Assembly (NCBI GenBank): GCA_048500095.1
Contig: JASNYQ010000001.1
Span: 246,136-310,135 of the forward strand
DNA length: 64,000 nt
Reading direction: 5' to 3'
Origin: Thermoanaerobaculia bacterium
GTDB lineage: Bacteria; Acidobacteriota; Thermoanaerobaculia; Multivoradales; JAGPDF01
Of this stretch, positions 63,415-64,000 are shown in pieces (the first letter of the stretch is position 1; each line of letters starts with the position of its first letter). Both the position numbers and the translations under genes were made by a program. The notes beneath the pieces are model-generated. The model was not told where the DNA came from and searched no databases. It was given only the letters and a program-made list of their open reading frames with translations.

Positions 63415-64000
63415 ATGTCCAAGCTCCCTATCGCGCTCTTGCTCTCCGCTTCGATCGCGGTGCCCGTCCACGCGCAGTACGCCGCCGTCGAGGGGGACCT
63501 CGTGAGCGAACCCGCCGGGGTCGTCGCCGGCAGCCAGCCGGACCACTCCGCGGGCGACTGGGAGAAGCGGATCATCCTCTTCCCCGACGAGATCGACGAC
63601 AAGGCCGGCAGCCCCTCGTTCGTGTTCCAGCTGCCCGGCGAGTTCCTCGTCGGCAGCTGGAGCAACATGAACTGGCAGTACGACATGTACTTCGGCGGCC
63701 AGCATTCGTTCAAGAAGATCGTGATCGACCTCGACGTCGTGCGCGGGCGTTGGGCGGGGCGCGTCAACGACGATCCGACGAACTACGGCCGGGACTACTA
63801 CTGCGTCTTCTGGCTCAACAACGGACGCTCGTGGGACAACATGCTCGGCTACCTGAACTTCCTCTACCCCGGCACCCAGCTCGAGAGCCAGGTGAACTGG
63901 GGTGGCTACTGGTCTCCCCCGCGGTACGGCCTCAAGCTCGTCACCTCCTGCCCGACCAACGAGGGCCAGCAGTACCACATCCAATGGGTCCTGGACGCCG
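63415..64000 (+). CDS. Secreted hypothetical protein, 3' partial (runs off the window end)
   Basis: ATG after AGGAGG. Signal peptide MSKLPIALLLSASIAVPVHA. Somewhat lower GC than the surroundings. Confidence 0.5.
   Translation, partial: MSKLPIALLLSASIAVPVHAQYAAVEGDLVSEPAGVVAGSQPDHSAGDWEKRIILFPDEIDDKAGSPSFVFQLPGEFLVGSWSNMNWQYDMYFGGQHSFKKIVIDLDVVRGRWAGRVNDDPTNYGRDYYCVFWLNNGRSWDNMLGYLNFLYPGTQLESQVNWGGYWSPPRYGLKLVTSCPTNEGQQYHIQWVLDA

Overview
Very GC-rich (~70%+) bacterial chromosome segment. The six-frame ORF track is dominated by long spurious ORFs, so genes were called only where the translation shows recognisable family motifs, a sensible start and a plausible RBS or promoter context. About 60 genes are supported. 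The lineage is not named; the anaerobic Fd-dependent and Na+-pump genes below point to a high-GC environmental bacterium.

Main content, start to end:
- ligA (5' partial); an ECF sigma / anti-sigma / bactofilin-repeat membrane protein operon
- cysK; the sdhCAB operon (single cytochrome-b type); pcnB; a beta-lactamase-family hydrolase; SRAP (yedK-like)
- An Rrf2 - radical-SAM-like - Crp/Fnr - FAD-oxidoreductase operon; a CPA2 antiporter; an acyl-CoA synthetase
- korAB 2-oxoacid:ferredoxin oxidoreductase (fused delta-alpha and beta-gamma), divergent from a second Rrf2 regulator
- A site-2 protease + ACE-like M2 peptidase pair; a thioredoxin-like + dsbD pair
- A complete Na+-translocating methylmalonyl-CoA decarboxylase cluster (alpha, small delta/gamma, biotin carrier, beta)
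- copZ-copA-corA, followed by an RNase A-superfamily lipoprotein and an acidic putative immunity protein
- pgi, ndk, bcp, sucCD; a HepT/MntA toxin-antitoxin pair; a nucleotidyltransferase + small-ORF cassette flanked by 35-nt direct repeats; an FGE-family protein
- Two membrane PP2C phosphatases; cdd; a C69 dipeptidase; a HAD hydrolase; an MqnA/MqnD-family protein

No CRISPR arrays, rRNA or tRNA genes, transposases or integrases were recognised.

The most notable sequence-level pattern is a recurring GCTAnnnT element (often GGCTAGACT) sitting 6-9 nt upstream of start codons with no Shine-Dalgarno sequence. This suggests many leaderless mRNAs read from a conserved extended -10 box.
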